DNA of 64,000 bases from the NCBI GenBank assembly GCA_965217585.1, contig OZ244561.1:1792001-1856000 (forward strand), written 5' to 3'. Shown here in pieces: positions 53,297 to 62,234 of this stretch. Numbering within the stretch: position 1 is the first letter of the stretch; each line of letters starts with the position of its first letter. The position numbers and the translations under genes were made by a program. The notes under the pieces are model-generated. The model worked only from the letters and a program-made list of their open reading frames with translations. It was not told the DNA's origin and made no database searches. This DNA is from Candidatus Latescibacterota bacterium (lineage in GTDB: Bacteria; Latescibacterota; UBA2968; UBA8231).

Positions 53297-53378
53297 GTCT
53301 TGTTCTCCTTTATATTAACTCGGTCGCCGGGTGCGCTGAGTCGCGCCCCAAGCGCGGTAGGTGTGCTGTTTTTATCAG

Positions 53379-53425
53379 ATAGTAGGCTCTAAAATTTGCA
53401 CTGTCAATATGGCTGAGGCAGCCAT
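53379..53425 (-). promoter_or_regulatory. Sigma70 promoter of gltA with adjacent palindrome
   Basis: TTGACA (53407-53402)-N17-TACTAT (53384-53379); ATGGCTG-AGG-CAGCCAT at 53409-53425. Confidence 0.7.
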
Positions 53426-53580
53426 TCTGGGAACCGGTCTCCCCCTCCGACCCGCCCCCGCTTCCCTTTCTCGTCTGCCTTTTCGCTGCCCTGTCCGGCG
53501 CGAGCGCAACGGCGCGGGTCCTCGCGGCGGAGTACACCCTTTTCCCCATTTATCAACTGATGTTACGTACCTTCCCATTT

Positions 53581-53655
53581 GAGGGTGGTCAGCGAGGCGT
53601 TAAAACGAAAGTCTAAGCGGGCTTGATCCCGCACTTGCGCATCCGTCAAGCCAGT
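53581..53655 (-). mobile_element. Transposase C-terminal fragment (IS4-superfamily DDE-like)
   Basis: Encodes TGLTDAQVRDQARLDFRFNASLTTL, resembling the TGL.DCQAR...LDFHFNASL motif I recall from DDE transposases. Confidence 0.55.
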
Positions 53656-53706
53656 AGTATCAAATGTTTTATTCAATTCCACGTCTTCCAGATTAGAGGC
53701 CTTCCC

Positions 53707-54864
53707 ATGGTTGCGCCAGGAGTCATTGTCTTGTTGATGTTTGCCACAGGGGCTGCAGGAGCCGACGGCCAGGTCCGAGATGGCGAATTTCACGGCCAGT
53801 CAGCCCTGATCCTCTCAAACGACAGGATTGAATTGAGCATATTGCCCAATGGCGGGTCGATTGCTAGGCTAGTTTTGAAAGATGATCCAGAGCAGATGAA
53901 TCCCCTGTGGGACTCGGTTCGCGCCAGCGAAGAAGCCGGACACCCAGCCCAGCCGGGAGGTGCAGTGGGACACTTCGTTTGCGTCGATGGGTTCGGCCCG
54001 GTTTCAGATGAGGAGAGGACCGCAGGACTGCCCGGGCACGGGGAAGCCCATACGCTGCCTTGGGTAACTCAGTCTTTCGGGATGGAGGGCAATGTTGCAA
54101 GCCTGACGCAGGCCGTGCAATTGCCGCGCGTCCACGAAGTGTATACCCGCACGATCAAGATGGTTGAGGGGGAAAACGTGGTCTATGTGCAGAGCACGCT
54201 CCAGAGCCTGCTGGGATTTGACCGCCCTGTCTGTTGGGCCGAGCACGCGACGATTGGATCGCCCTTCCTAGAGGCTGGTGTCACTGTGGTGGATATCTCC
54301 GAAAATCGCGCCGTGACGAGGCCGCATGAGAACAAAAATTCGTTGTACCGGCTGCCGTCGAATCAGGAGTTCACCTGGCCGCTGCTCACCACACCGGACG
54401 ATGGGCAGATCGATTTGCGCGCAGCCCCAGTTCCGCCGAATTCCTTGGAAGACCATACCGCGCATCGGCTCGACCCGAATCGGCAGTACGCCTTTGTGAC
54501 GGCGCTTCATCCCGGAAAACGCCTCCTGCTCGGTTACCTCTTTCCAACCGAGCAGTTCCCCTGGCTACAGATCTGGGAGCACTATCCGCCGTCGGGCATC
54601 ATGGCCCGCGGGTTGGAGTTCGGCAGTCAGGCGTTTGATCTACCGCGCCGCACGGTCGTCACTCAGAACAAGCTCTTCGACCAGTTGCTCTATCGCTGGC
54701 TGCCTGCCCAGTCGTCGATTGAAGGGAATTTCCTGATGTTCTGGACGCGGACCCCGGAGGGGTTCCAGGGAGTTGACGACATACAGTGGAAAGATAACGA
54801 GTTGCGCATAGAGGATCGACGTACAGGAAAGCGTCTGATCCTGAAAGCTTCGCTCCGATTATGA
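53707..54864 (+). CDS. Secreted galactose mutarotase/aldose-1-epimerase-like protein
   Basis: Signal peptide; LSNDRIELSILPNGGSIA, GHGEAH, WAEHATIG, FPWLQIW, RGLEFG. Confidence 0.65.
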   Translation: MVAPGVIVLLMFATGAAGADGQVRDGEFHGQSALILSNDRIELSILPNGGSIARLVLKDDPEQMNPLWDSVRASEEAGHPAQPGGAVGHFVCVDGFGPVSDEERTAGLPGHGEAHTLPWVTQSFGMEGNVASLTQAVQLPRVHEVYTRTIKMVEGENVVYVQSTLQSLLGFDRPVCWAEHATIGSPFLEAGVTVVDISENRAVTRPHENKNSLYRLPSNQEFTWPLLTTPDDGQIDLRAAPVPPNSLEDHTAHRLDPNRQYAFVTALHPGKRLLLGYLFPTEQFPWLQIWEHYPPSGIMARGLEFGSQAFDLPRRTVVTQNKLFDQLLYRWLPAQSSIEGNFLMFWTRTPEGFQGVDDIQWKDNELRIEDRRTGKRLILKASLRL

Positions 54865-55982
54865 AACCGCTTCTCAAAATGTTACTCCGGTATTCCGGGG
54901 GCGAATTTATTTGGAGTTTATTTGCGCATAGGCATAGGAAGACTGAAGGAAGACCTCCTGCTGGATTTCTCTGGGTCTTTGTTTTTTATCTTGCTTTGTT
55001 TGGAATTGCTTCATTAAGGTACGAAAATAGAATTGATATGGCAGAGAATAGACTGGCTGATTTTAATACGCAGTTACAATCCAGCTACAAATCAGCCTTT
55101 GAATTTTTACCTGCTATGCAAAAAATACAAATCCCAGTTACACCTAATCTAGTCGCTCCATCCTCTGTCTTTAGATCTTTTATTGAAGAAATCTTGGATG
55201 TGAATGTTGCCTATAAACTAAAGGCAACAATGGAAGCCTGGAAGGATTCTCTAAGTTATATTGGTTTGGATTTGGTTGATTTAAGTAATACGAATCTGAG
55301 TGGAGCAAACCTGAGAGAGGCAAGTTTGATAGGAGCTAATCTTGATTCGGCTCTTCTGGCCAAGGCCGATTTGAGAGAGGCTTATATGCTTTATGCGAAT
55401 TTGCAAGATGCGAATTTGCAAGATGCAGATCTGCGGCAAGCGTATCTGCGGGAAGTGAATCTGCAAAAAGCAAATCTGAGCGGAGCGGACCTGCAAAAAG
55501 CAAATCTGGAAAGAGTGAATCTGTGGCGGGCGAATCTGCAAAAAGCAAATCTGAGCGGAGCGAATCTACAAAAAGCAAATCTGGAAAGAGTGAATCTGCA
55601 AAAAGCAAATCTGAGCGGAGCGGACCTGCAAAAAGCAAATCTGGAAAGAGCAAATCTAGTGGGAGCAAATCTGCAAAAAGCAAATCTGAGCGGAGCGGAC
55701 CTGCAAAAAGCAAATCTGCGAGGAGTGGACCTGCGAAAAGCAAATCTGGAAAGAGCAAATCTAGTGGGAGCAAATCTGCAAAAAGCGGACCTTGGGGGGA
55801 CTAATCTGGCGGGAACGAATCTGCAAAAAGCAAATCTGAGCGGAACCTCTTCAAGAGGTTTAACTATTGGTCAGCTACTGCAAGTCAAGTCCCTGTATAA
55901 TGCCTTTGGGCTAGGACAAGAAATTATGGGACAATTACAGGAACAGGCACCTGATCTTTTGACCGCCAAGTCCCTGCGCTGA
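54861..55982 (+). CDS. Membrane-anchored pentapeptide repeat protein
   Basis: N-terminal TM (FLWVFVFYLALFGIA) followed by many A(N/D)Lxx units; AT-richer than flanks; ATGA overlap with upstream gene. Confidence 0.88.
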   Translation: MKPLLKMLLRYSGGEFIWSLFAHRHRKTEGRPPAGFLWVFVFYLALFGIASLRYENRIDMAENRLADFNTQLQSSYKSAFEFLPAMQKIQIPVTPNLVAPSSVFRSFIEEILDVNVAYKLKATMEAWKDSLSYIGLDLVDLSNTNLSGANLREASLIGANLDSALLAKADLREAYMLYANLQDANLQDADLRQAYLREVNLQKANLSGADLQKANLERVNLWRANLQKANLSGANLQKANLERVNLQKANLSGADLQKANLERANLVGANLQKANLSGADLQKANLRGVDLRKANLERANLVGANLQKADLGGTNLAGTNLQKANLSGTSSRGLTIGQLLQVKSLYNAFGLGQEIMGQLQEQAPDLLTAKSLR

Positions 55983-55993
55983 AGGGCTTGCAA

Positions 55994-56335
55994 GAAGCCG
56001 TCGGACACTCACGGCGCTACTCGCTTGTGAGTCGATCCAATATCGGCGGCAACAGAGCCCAGGGACAGCCGGTTTTGGTCCGATACAAAAGGCCCTTGAT
56101 GATCTGGCGTGGATCCCGCCGCGGGCGGCCCGCCCCGCCGGGATGCCAAGTGGGGGTGGGCCGTAGCGGCTCGATCAGACCCCATTGCGCGTCGGTTATA
56201 TCGGTGGCATACTCGTCGGCAGGCGTACTCATCATAGGGCCTTTCTGTTCAGATTTTGTGGTGAAAGCTGAATATGGCCCGATGAGTACGCCGCTTCAAG
56301 CGCTCGATACTGTATAAGGACTTTCAGACAGCTTC
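55994..56335 (-). mobile_element. Internally deleted IS5-family element (IS1031/IS427-like) with both terminal inverted repeats
   Basis: ORF 56017..56235 encodes YATDITDAQW.LIEP...GRPR...YRTKTGCPWALLP (DUF4096). TIRs GAAGCCGTCGGACA (55994) and TTTCAGACAGCTTC (56322-56335); flanks CAA/TAA. Confidence 0.85.
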
Positions 56336-56365
56336 TAAGAGCAGAATTCCCATTCATGGTCTCAT

Positions 56366-57769
56366 CTAGGGTACTCTTTTACAAGCTTCATCAAAGCCGA
56401 GGTTGCAGGCCTTCAGGAAATACCTGGCCGCACCCGATGGTGACCTCTGGATGATCTTGCCCTCATCTAGGATCACGGCTAGTTCACTACAAGCCTCGCC
56501 AACGTCTTGATTGTTGCAGTCGCCTGCCAGTTCGATTATCAGATTCCGGCAACCGTTCCGCGATCCATCGTTGCATTCCTGACGCCAGAATGATATTTTT
56601 TCACCTTCGCGTTCCTTGCCCAGAAATTCCGTCGAATAGAGAAAGAAAAAAAACAATGCCCAAATACCGATGTGGGCAATATTTGATTGAATGACACGGC
56701 GAAGGCCGTATAGTGAAGAAATTCGCAGAAACCTGTTCTCGATTAACCCGCTCCATCGATCGAGTATTTGAATTACCAGATTGAGAAAAGGCACGCACAG
56801 CAACTTGTCGTAAAATGATGGGGCTTGTATCCATTCCAGCATTCCGTACAGGGCGAACACAGAGACTCCGTACAGGGATCCGAATATCATCCGGCCCAAC
56901 CCAGAACGCGGCGACGTCGAAGGATCGGTTACCAGCAAATGAAGACCGAGGAAGACGGCAATAGGGATGTTGATATCTATAAAATAATAGACGCCGGTCG
57001 CACTGGTATAAATTACGTTCAGAAGATATAGCGCGGTTACGGCAGCCAGTGTCATCAAGGTGACTGAGAAGAAATACTGAACGACCAGACCCAGCAGAAA
57101 TATCACTACATAGATGGAGTCTGGGCTGAGCAATGTCTTGGCGATTTCTCTACCCCAGGTAAGCTCGGTATTTCCAGTTGCAAGTAAACCGATGGAAAAA
57201 ACCGTGAGAGAAAAGCCGGAAGGGTTGAAAATATGGGTAACACGACCGTCCTTGGTCCATCTGAAAAATTCTTTCCCCAATTGTCCGACCGCAATCATCG
57301 CAAATTGCCAGATAAACCAGTCGTCTTTGAACCATAAAAACAGATTCGTACTTAACACAATCGGGAATTGCCCGAAACCTAGGATCCACTGGCTTCTTCT
57401 GGACCAGCAAAGTAGCATATCAAATACATAGGCAAACACTAACTGAGCTAGAATCAGTGTAGCCTGATCGTAGACACTGCGCCAGTACCATCCCCAGTAG
57501 AGATAAATACACAATTGTACCATTGCCTGAACATAATGCGCCCTGGTAATACGAATCTGAATTTCCAGCGACCGACCGACCGCCGCCGAGCGGTACAATA
57601 GCCACAATTGCCAAATAAGCAGCGATAAAGAGACCCCCCAGAAACTCCAGCGCAACTGGATATTCACATAAATTTCTGGATCTAACAAGAAGAGCATCAA
57701 ACACAGGGTCAAAAAAAACGGCAACTTGAAAGCGGACGGTATGTGAAACCGGTTGTCGTCAGTAGACAT
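56366..57769 (-). CDS. Multi-TM protein, UnbU/RnfD-NqrB-like, with C-terminal Cys-rich Sel1-like repeats
   Basis: About 12 TM segments; KEFFRW...HIFNPSGF and LLVTDPSTSP motifs; tail ACSELA...AARYFLKACNLGFDEAC. Confidence 0.65.
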   Translation of the reverse strand: MSTDDNRFHIPSAFKLPFFLTLCLMLFLLDPEIYVNIQLRWSFWGVSLSLLIWQLWLLYRSAAVGRSLEIQIRITRAHYVQAMVQLCIYLYWGWYWRSVYDQATLILAQLVFAYVFDMLLCWSRRSQWILGFGQFPIVLSTNLFLWFKDDWFIWQFAMIAVGQLGKEFFRWTKDGRVTHIFNPSGFSLTVFSIGLLATGNTELTWGREIAKTLLSPDSIYVVIFLLGLVVQYFFSVTLMTLAAVTALYLLNVIYTSATGVYYFIDINIPIAVFLGLHLLVTDPSTSPRSGLGRMIFGSLYGVSVFALYGMLEWIQAPSFYDKLLCVPFLNLVIQILDRWSGLIENRFLRISSLYGLRRVIQSNIAHIGIWALFFFFLYSTEFLGKEREGEKISFWRQECNDGSRNGCRNLIIELAGDCNNQDVGEACSELAVILDEGKIIQRSPSGAARYFLKACNLGFDEACKRVP

Positions 57770-57794
57770 CAGCTATCTTTCACATCAACCCTTC

Positions 57795-57995
57795 TTACTG
57801 ACCCCGCCCCCGTCCGGTCACTTCCCAGATGTCCACCACCTCTCTGTTGAGCATGGGGTACAGGCGATCGTGGAGGTTGGTGGTCATGCCTCCGTGGAGG
57901 GGATGCACTTCGCCCACTTTGAATTTGTGGGATGATTGGGTGATATCTACATGTCCGTGTTCCACGGACATGCCTTTGACAACTAAACCGTATCG
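57795..57995 (-). pseudogene. 3' fragment of a DSD1/D-threonine aldolase-type PLP enzyme
   Basis: Manual translation: GLVVKGMSVEHGHVDITQSSHKFKVGEVHPLHGGMTTNLHDRLY...VVDIWEVTGRGRGQ*. The 5' part is missing at the MITE boundary. Confidence 0.7.
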
Positions 57996-58121
57996 GTCTT
58001 AAAACCCGGCTCAGGTAACGATTCGCTTGAGTAACAGATGGATTATGGCAATATGGATAGGTCGCCTAAAGTACGTCCTTCCAAGGCCTTTCTATACCAG
58101 AACGAGTTTTGAGACGGCTTC
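57990..58121. mobile_element. IS5-derived MITE (short copy)
   Basis: Right TIR TTTTGAGACGGCTTC followed by TTA; degenerate left end GGTCTTAAAA; ~65 bp match to the reverse complement of 62128-62195. Confidence 0.7.
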
Positions 58122-58154
58122 TTAGAAGTTAACCGGCGGCGGTAATGTCTGGGG

Positions 58155-60119
58155 TTAGGTGAGCCCTAGCTGATTCCCTTTCATGCCGGTGAAATGATCG
58201 ATGATCAGCCATATTCCCATGACCACGAATTGACCGGCGATCAGCCCCAGGAAAAAGGGGCGGGCCTTGGTGAACAGCCTGGGCCCGCCGTACTTCAGAA
58301 TGACCAGTTTGGATAACCAGGCTATGAAGACACTGACCCATACGGTCAACACGGGATAGCCGAGCACACTGATTGGAAAGCCAAGCGGATGCAGAGGCCA
58401 CCACAGGTAGTGCCGCCGGGCGATCATGAGAAGAGACATCAGAGCGGCCCCTATTCCTTTGAATATCCACCCTCCCGGATGTGGATCAACCGGCGAGTTT
58501 ATCACCTGGCTGGCAAACTCAAAGGGATACTTTGCGCCGGGGATGAAACTCCATCTGCCCTGACCGACGAAGTTTATGCCCCCGTGTTCATAAGCCTGAC
58601 TGACGAGCAGCCAGAAGGAAGACACGAACGTCACGACGATGGCCAGCATCATCGACCAAAATATCAGCCGCTTTGGTTTGCCTGGACTCGTCACGGAGAT
58701 GAGTTTTAGTCCGTTGGCAGAGGAAGCCATAACGAAGGTGCTGATGTCGGCGGACCAGATAAATGTGAAAGCCAGCGACAAAAGGTCCCCCGATCCGAGC
58801 GCTGAGCTGCCCACGCTGAGGATGAGGAAATCGCTGCCAATCATCGGGGATCTGGCCACGGCCACCCCGCCCTGAACGACGATGCGCGTCAAGCCCAGGT
58901 ACGCGATAAAGGTGCCGAACAGGAAGAGGAGGATGAACCACCAAGTAGAAAGACCCGATTTCCAGAGCCAGATCGACATGACCAGGAGTCCCCCCACCAA
59001 ACCCAGAACGGCCGCTCTGTATGAGAGAATCTCTTCGCCGTCGTCTTCGCCGTCGTCCTTGCCCAGCGCGGCTCTCCAGACGCCCTTCAGGTGCTTCCGC
59101 CCCACCCACAGCCCGAACAATACGAGCACGATCATGGCACCCATGCCCTGATGGGCCAAGAAGGGGTAGGCGGGCAAACCGTACGCACTGCTGATTTCGG
59201 GGCTATGGAAGCCGATGGTGTCGAAGAGTCCTTTCTCCAGGACGGCCAGCAGGTTGAAGACCCAGAGTCCCAGGGCGATATCGAGATTGATTAGATAGGA
59301 GAAGCCGATGGTCGGGAAGCTCAGGTAGAAGGGGAGCGCCTGCGTTCCCCCAAAAATGGACACTTGGTAGCTCAGCGGGACCTCCGGCAGATATCCATAG
59401 TAATCGTGCAGTGCGTTTACCGACTGAATGGTGAACGGAATGAGGAATCCCGCCCACATCAGCTTGCTCTTGAAAAAGGAGTTGATAACGCCCGACGTTT
59501 CCTCGCCCTTGATAATATCGAGGGGTACCTGGACGATGGGATAGATCAGGCGTTCGTGGTCCATCCACTGTTTTCGCAGGATTACGGTCATGCAGATCAT
59601 CGTCAGAAACAAAGCCAACACAAAGATACCCCAAGCCAACAACGGCATGACCCATAGATCCCAGGGGACGCTCGCGCCTTTGGGAAGCCCCTCGTATAGC
59701 CCCTTGGCCGCAGCGGGGTCGGGAACCATCCAGGCGGGGATAATCGGCTGGATGCTTTCGACCCAGTTGTTCTCCGGGGTAGCGTAGTAGAAGGGCGCTG
59801 TCAGGACGGGTGGTATATAACCCATCAGCCCCACCGTAGGGATCGTGGAGGCGATCATCATCATTACATAGATCACTGCCAACTCCCCGCCCTTCAGCGC
59901 AGAGGACCGCCTGACGATCCGCAGAAGGGTGTTTACACCCCCCACCAGAAAGAAGAACAGAAAGAAGCCAGCCCCTGTGGTGAAGTTCGCAGCGAGCATA
60001 GAACCGCCGATGACATTGGACCCATAGGTGGCTCCCGCGCCGACAGCGGCGCACAGTACCGTACCGATCACCAGAGACCGCAGAGTGATGCCCGACGTGT
60101 TATTGTCCAACTCACTCAT
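58155..60119 (-). CDS. DUF6785/DUF6784-like multi-TM protein (putative OPT-related transporter)
   Basis: GITLRSLVIG, YYATPENNW, ILRKQWMDHERLIYPIVQVP, WWPLHPLGF, KLVILKYGG...PFFLGLI. ATGA overlap with the CRTAC1 gene. Confidence 0.8.
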   Translation of the reverse strand: MSELDNNTSGITLRSLVIGTVLCAAVGAGATYGSNVIGGSMLAANFTTGAGFFLFFFLVGGVNTLLRIVRRSSALKGGELAVIYVMMMIASTIPTVGLMGYIPPVLTAPFYYATPENNWVESIQPIIPAWMVPDPAAAKGLYEGLPKGASVPWDLWVMPLLAWGIFVLALFLTMICMTVILRKQWMDHERLIYPIVQVPLDIIKGEETSGVINSFFKSKLMWAGFLIPFTIQSVNALHDYYGYLPEVPLSYQVSIFGGTQALPFYLSFPTIGFSYLINLDIALGLWVFNLLAVLEKGLFDTIGFHSPEISSAYGLPAYPFLAHQGMGAMIVLVLFGLWVGRKHLKGVWRAALGKDDGEDDGEEILSYRAAVLGLVGGLLVMSIWLWKSGLSTWWFILLFLFGTFIAYLGLTRIVVQGGVAVARSPMIGSDFLILSVGSSALGSGDLLSLAFTFIWSADISTFVMASSANGLKLISVTSPGKPKRLIFWSMMLAIVVTFVSSFWLLVSQAYEHGGINFVGQGRWSFIPGAKYPFEFASQVINSPVDPHPGGWIFKGIGAALMSLLMIARRHYLWWPLHPLGFPISVLGYPVLTVWVSVFIAWLSKLVILKYGGPRLFTKARPFFLGLIAGQFVVMGIWLIIDHFTGMKGNQLGLT

Positions 60120-61852
60120 ATCCCGCCCCCTTGAATCGACTGCCTCCGTCCTGTGCTGGATTTCGGTATCTCTGCATCTGGCGGTGTAGAAAGGGCCGAT
60201 TCCGCTTCCTCGATTATGTTGTAGGTATTGATCGGCACATCCGCCAATCGCTGCACTATGCCACTCGGCCACCGCACTTCCACAGAATCGATACGTGTGG
60301 CCGGGCCCAGCCCGAAGTGCGCCCGGCGGTCTTCACTGCACAGAAAACTGCTGCCGCAAAGTATGTCTCGCACCTGGCTGTTGCCGCCGGCGAAGAGTCG
60401 CACCCGAGCGCCGATGGCGTCCCGGTTACTGAAAGAGCCCAACAGCTGGAAGGCCACCCAGTTTTGGCTGTTGCCGGCATCGTTTCGCAGCATAACAGGG
60501 CGATCGTTGAGGTTGGAGACGAAGAGGTCGAGATCCCCATCGTCGTCGAGATCCCCTGCACAGGAACCTCGGCTGACCCGCATCGTCGCCGTGTCGTCGG
60601 TCACAGGAGATAGCAGAGCGAAGCTTCCATTGCCCAGATTTTCAAACAGATGATCCGCTTGGGCGTAGGTAGCGCCGGTGCCGCCCGTGCCGATGGCCGG
60701 ATAGACATGCCCATTGGCGACGAAGATATCGAGATCGCCGTCGTTGTCAAAATCCATAAAATTCGTGCCGAAACCGACGTAGTTGAGACTCGGTTGCGCA
60801 ACTCCGGCGGCGAAACTGACATCTGTGAAGCGACCTCCTCCGTTATTGTGGTACAGAGTATTGTAATCATCCTCGAAATTCGTGACGAAAATGTCAGGGC
60901 ACCCGTCGCCGTTGAAGTCGCCCCAGCTAGCTCCCATGCCGGCCTGTGAATTCCCCATCTCCCCGTAGGCGGTACTGGTGCGGAGAGACTGGTCGCTGAA
61001 TCTGCCCGAGCCCTCGTTGCGAAAAAGAAAATTGGGGCTCGAGTCATTCGCCACGAAGATATCCGGGTCTCCGTCGTCGTCGTAGTCGGCAAAGAGCACG
61101 GCGAATCCATACCCCGGTGTCGGCACTTTGAGGTCGACCTCAGCGGTCATATCGACAAAAGTGCCGTCTCCCCGATTGCGATAGAACACATCGGGCACTG
61201 GCTCGAGCCCGAGGGGGCCCACGAAAGCAGCTACTCCCTTCCACTGGGTTCCTAGGGGGGCGATTTCACTGGTGTCGAGAACGGCGTAACTGGCCACGTA
61301 GAGGTCGAGATCCCCGTCGAGGTCGTAGTCGGCAAAAGCGCCCCCGGTGCTCCATCGCGACATGGCTACGTCGGCCAAGCCGGAGACGTCGGCGAAACCT
61401 CTTTCACGTCCGTCATTGCGATAGAGGATATTATCCCGCAGGTTGGTCACATAGAGGTCAGCGTCTCCATCGTTATCGTAATCGGCGCTAATTGCGCCCA
61501 TGCCCCAGCCTCTTCCCAGTACCTTCTGGGCTGCGGCTACGTCGGCAAATCCTCCTGTGGCATCATTGCGATACAGGGCGTTGCCCGCACCACTGTCAGG
61601 TGCTTCAAGGGTGGTGCCATTGACCCAGTAAATATCCAGATCGCCATCGTCATCAAAATCCAAGAGGGCAGCTCCGCCGCCCTTTGCCTCGATGATGTAA
61701 TGCTTCTCGGGCCCGCCGCCCGTGTGCGGCCTAGTCAGTCCGAGATGGGGTGCCACATCGACAAAACGGCCCGAGGAGGGAGATGGATCGTCGATTTCGG
61801 GTGCCGAGCAATTGGCGAGGAAGAGTACGAACCAGATGAGCAGTAGGGTAAC
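60116..61852 (-). CDS. CRTAC1/ASPIC-UnbV family lipoprotein with FG-GAP repeats; start codon uncertain
   Basis: Multiple D(Y/F)D.DGD.D(I/L)(Y/F)V.N repeats; UnbV domain SNRDAIGARV...HFGLG...VEVRWPSG. The frame extends upstream of GTG 61756 through a lipobox (FLANC) to GTT 61852, 8 nt after GAGGAGG. Confidence 0.85.
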   Translation of the reverse strand, partial: VTLLLIWFVLFLANCSAPEIDDPSPSSGRFVDVAPHLGLTRPHTGGGPEKHYIIEAKGGGAALLDFDDDGDLDIYWVNGTTLEAPDSGAGNALYRNDATGGFADVAAAQKVLGRGWGMGAISADYDNDGDADLYVTNLRDNILYRNDGRERGFADVSGLADVAMSRWSTGGAFADYDLDGDLDLYVASYAVLDTSEIAPLGTQWKGVAAFVGPLGLEPVPDVFYRNRGDGTFVDMTAEVDLKVPTPGYGFAVLFADYDDDGDPDIFVANDSSPNFLFRNEGSGRFSDQSLRTSTAYGEMGNSQAGMGASWGDFNGDGCPDIFVTNFEDDYNTLYHNNGGGRFTDVSFAAGVAQPSLNYVGFGTNFMDFDNDGDLDIFVANGHVYPAIGTGGTGATYAQADHLFENLGNGSFALLSPVTDDTATMRVSRGSCAGDLDDDGDLDLFVSNLNDRPVMLRNDAGNSQNWVAFQLLGSFSNRDAIGARVRLFAGGNSQVRDILCGSSFLCSEDRRAHFGLGPATRIDSVEVRWPSGIVQRLADVPINTYNIIEEAESALSTPPDAEIPKSSTGRRQSIQGGGI

Positions 61853-61957
61853 GGTAGATTCCTCCTCGCAGGGGGATTTGAATATCTATAATTCAAGCAA
61901 TATAGACCGATTTATTGTAGCTGATCAATTATTTTTTCTATATATTATTTGCTTTAA

Positions 61958-62201
61958 GACGCTGTCTTAAGACCAATGCGGTTTAGTAAGCATGACAATA
62001 GCTTAGTGATTGGTTTTAAGACAGCTTTGGGGGTCGGCAAGGACTTGCCGAAAGCGTATTCACCGACCCCCTTCAGGTTTCGAACAAGAACCCTGAGCGA
62101 AAAACCTCCGATGTGAGTACGCCCGATCAATTATCCACATTGCCATGATCCATCAGTTACTCAAGCGAACCGCCACCTGAGCCGGGTTTTCAGACAGCAT
62201 C
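61958..62201. mobile_element. IS5-derived MITE (244 bp) with TAA target duplication
   Basis: TAA|GACGCTGTCTTAAGA ... TTTTCAGACAGCATC|TAA; no ORF; internal hairpins at 61961-62025 and 62029-62071. Confidence 0.8.
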
Positions 62202-62234
62202 TAAGAACTTTGCAAAAGCCGCCGGAGTGTTGCG

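Noticed and set aside
53426-53560. tRNA or ncRNA at the island boundary
   Set aside because: GC-rich and pyrimidine-skewed, but no cloverleaf, T-loop or other recognisable RNA motif.
55336-55804. Repetitive ORFs DLLFA.. (-) and KSKS.. (+)
   Set aside because: Alternative frames of the pentapeptide repeat DNA.
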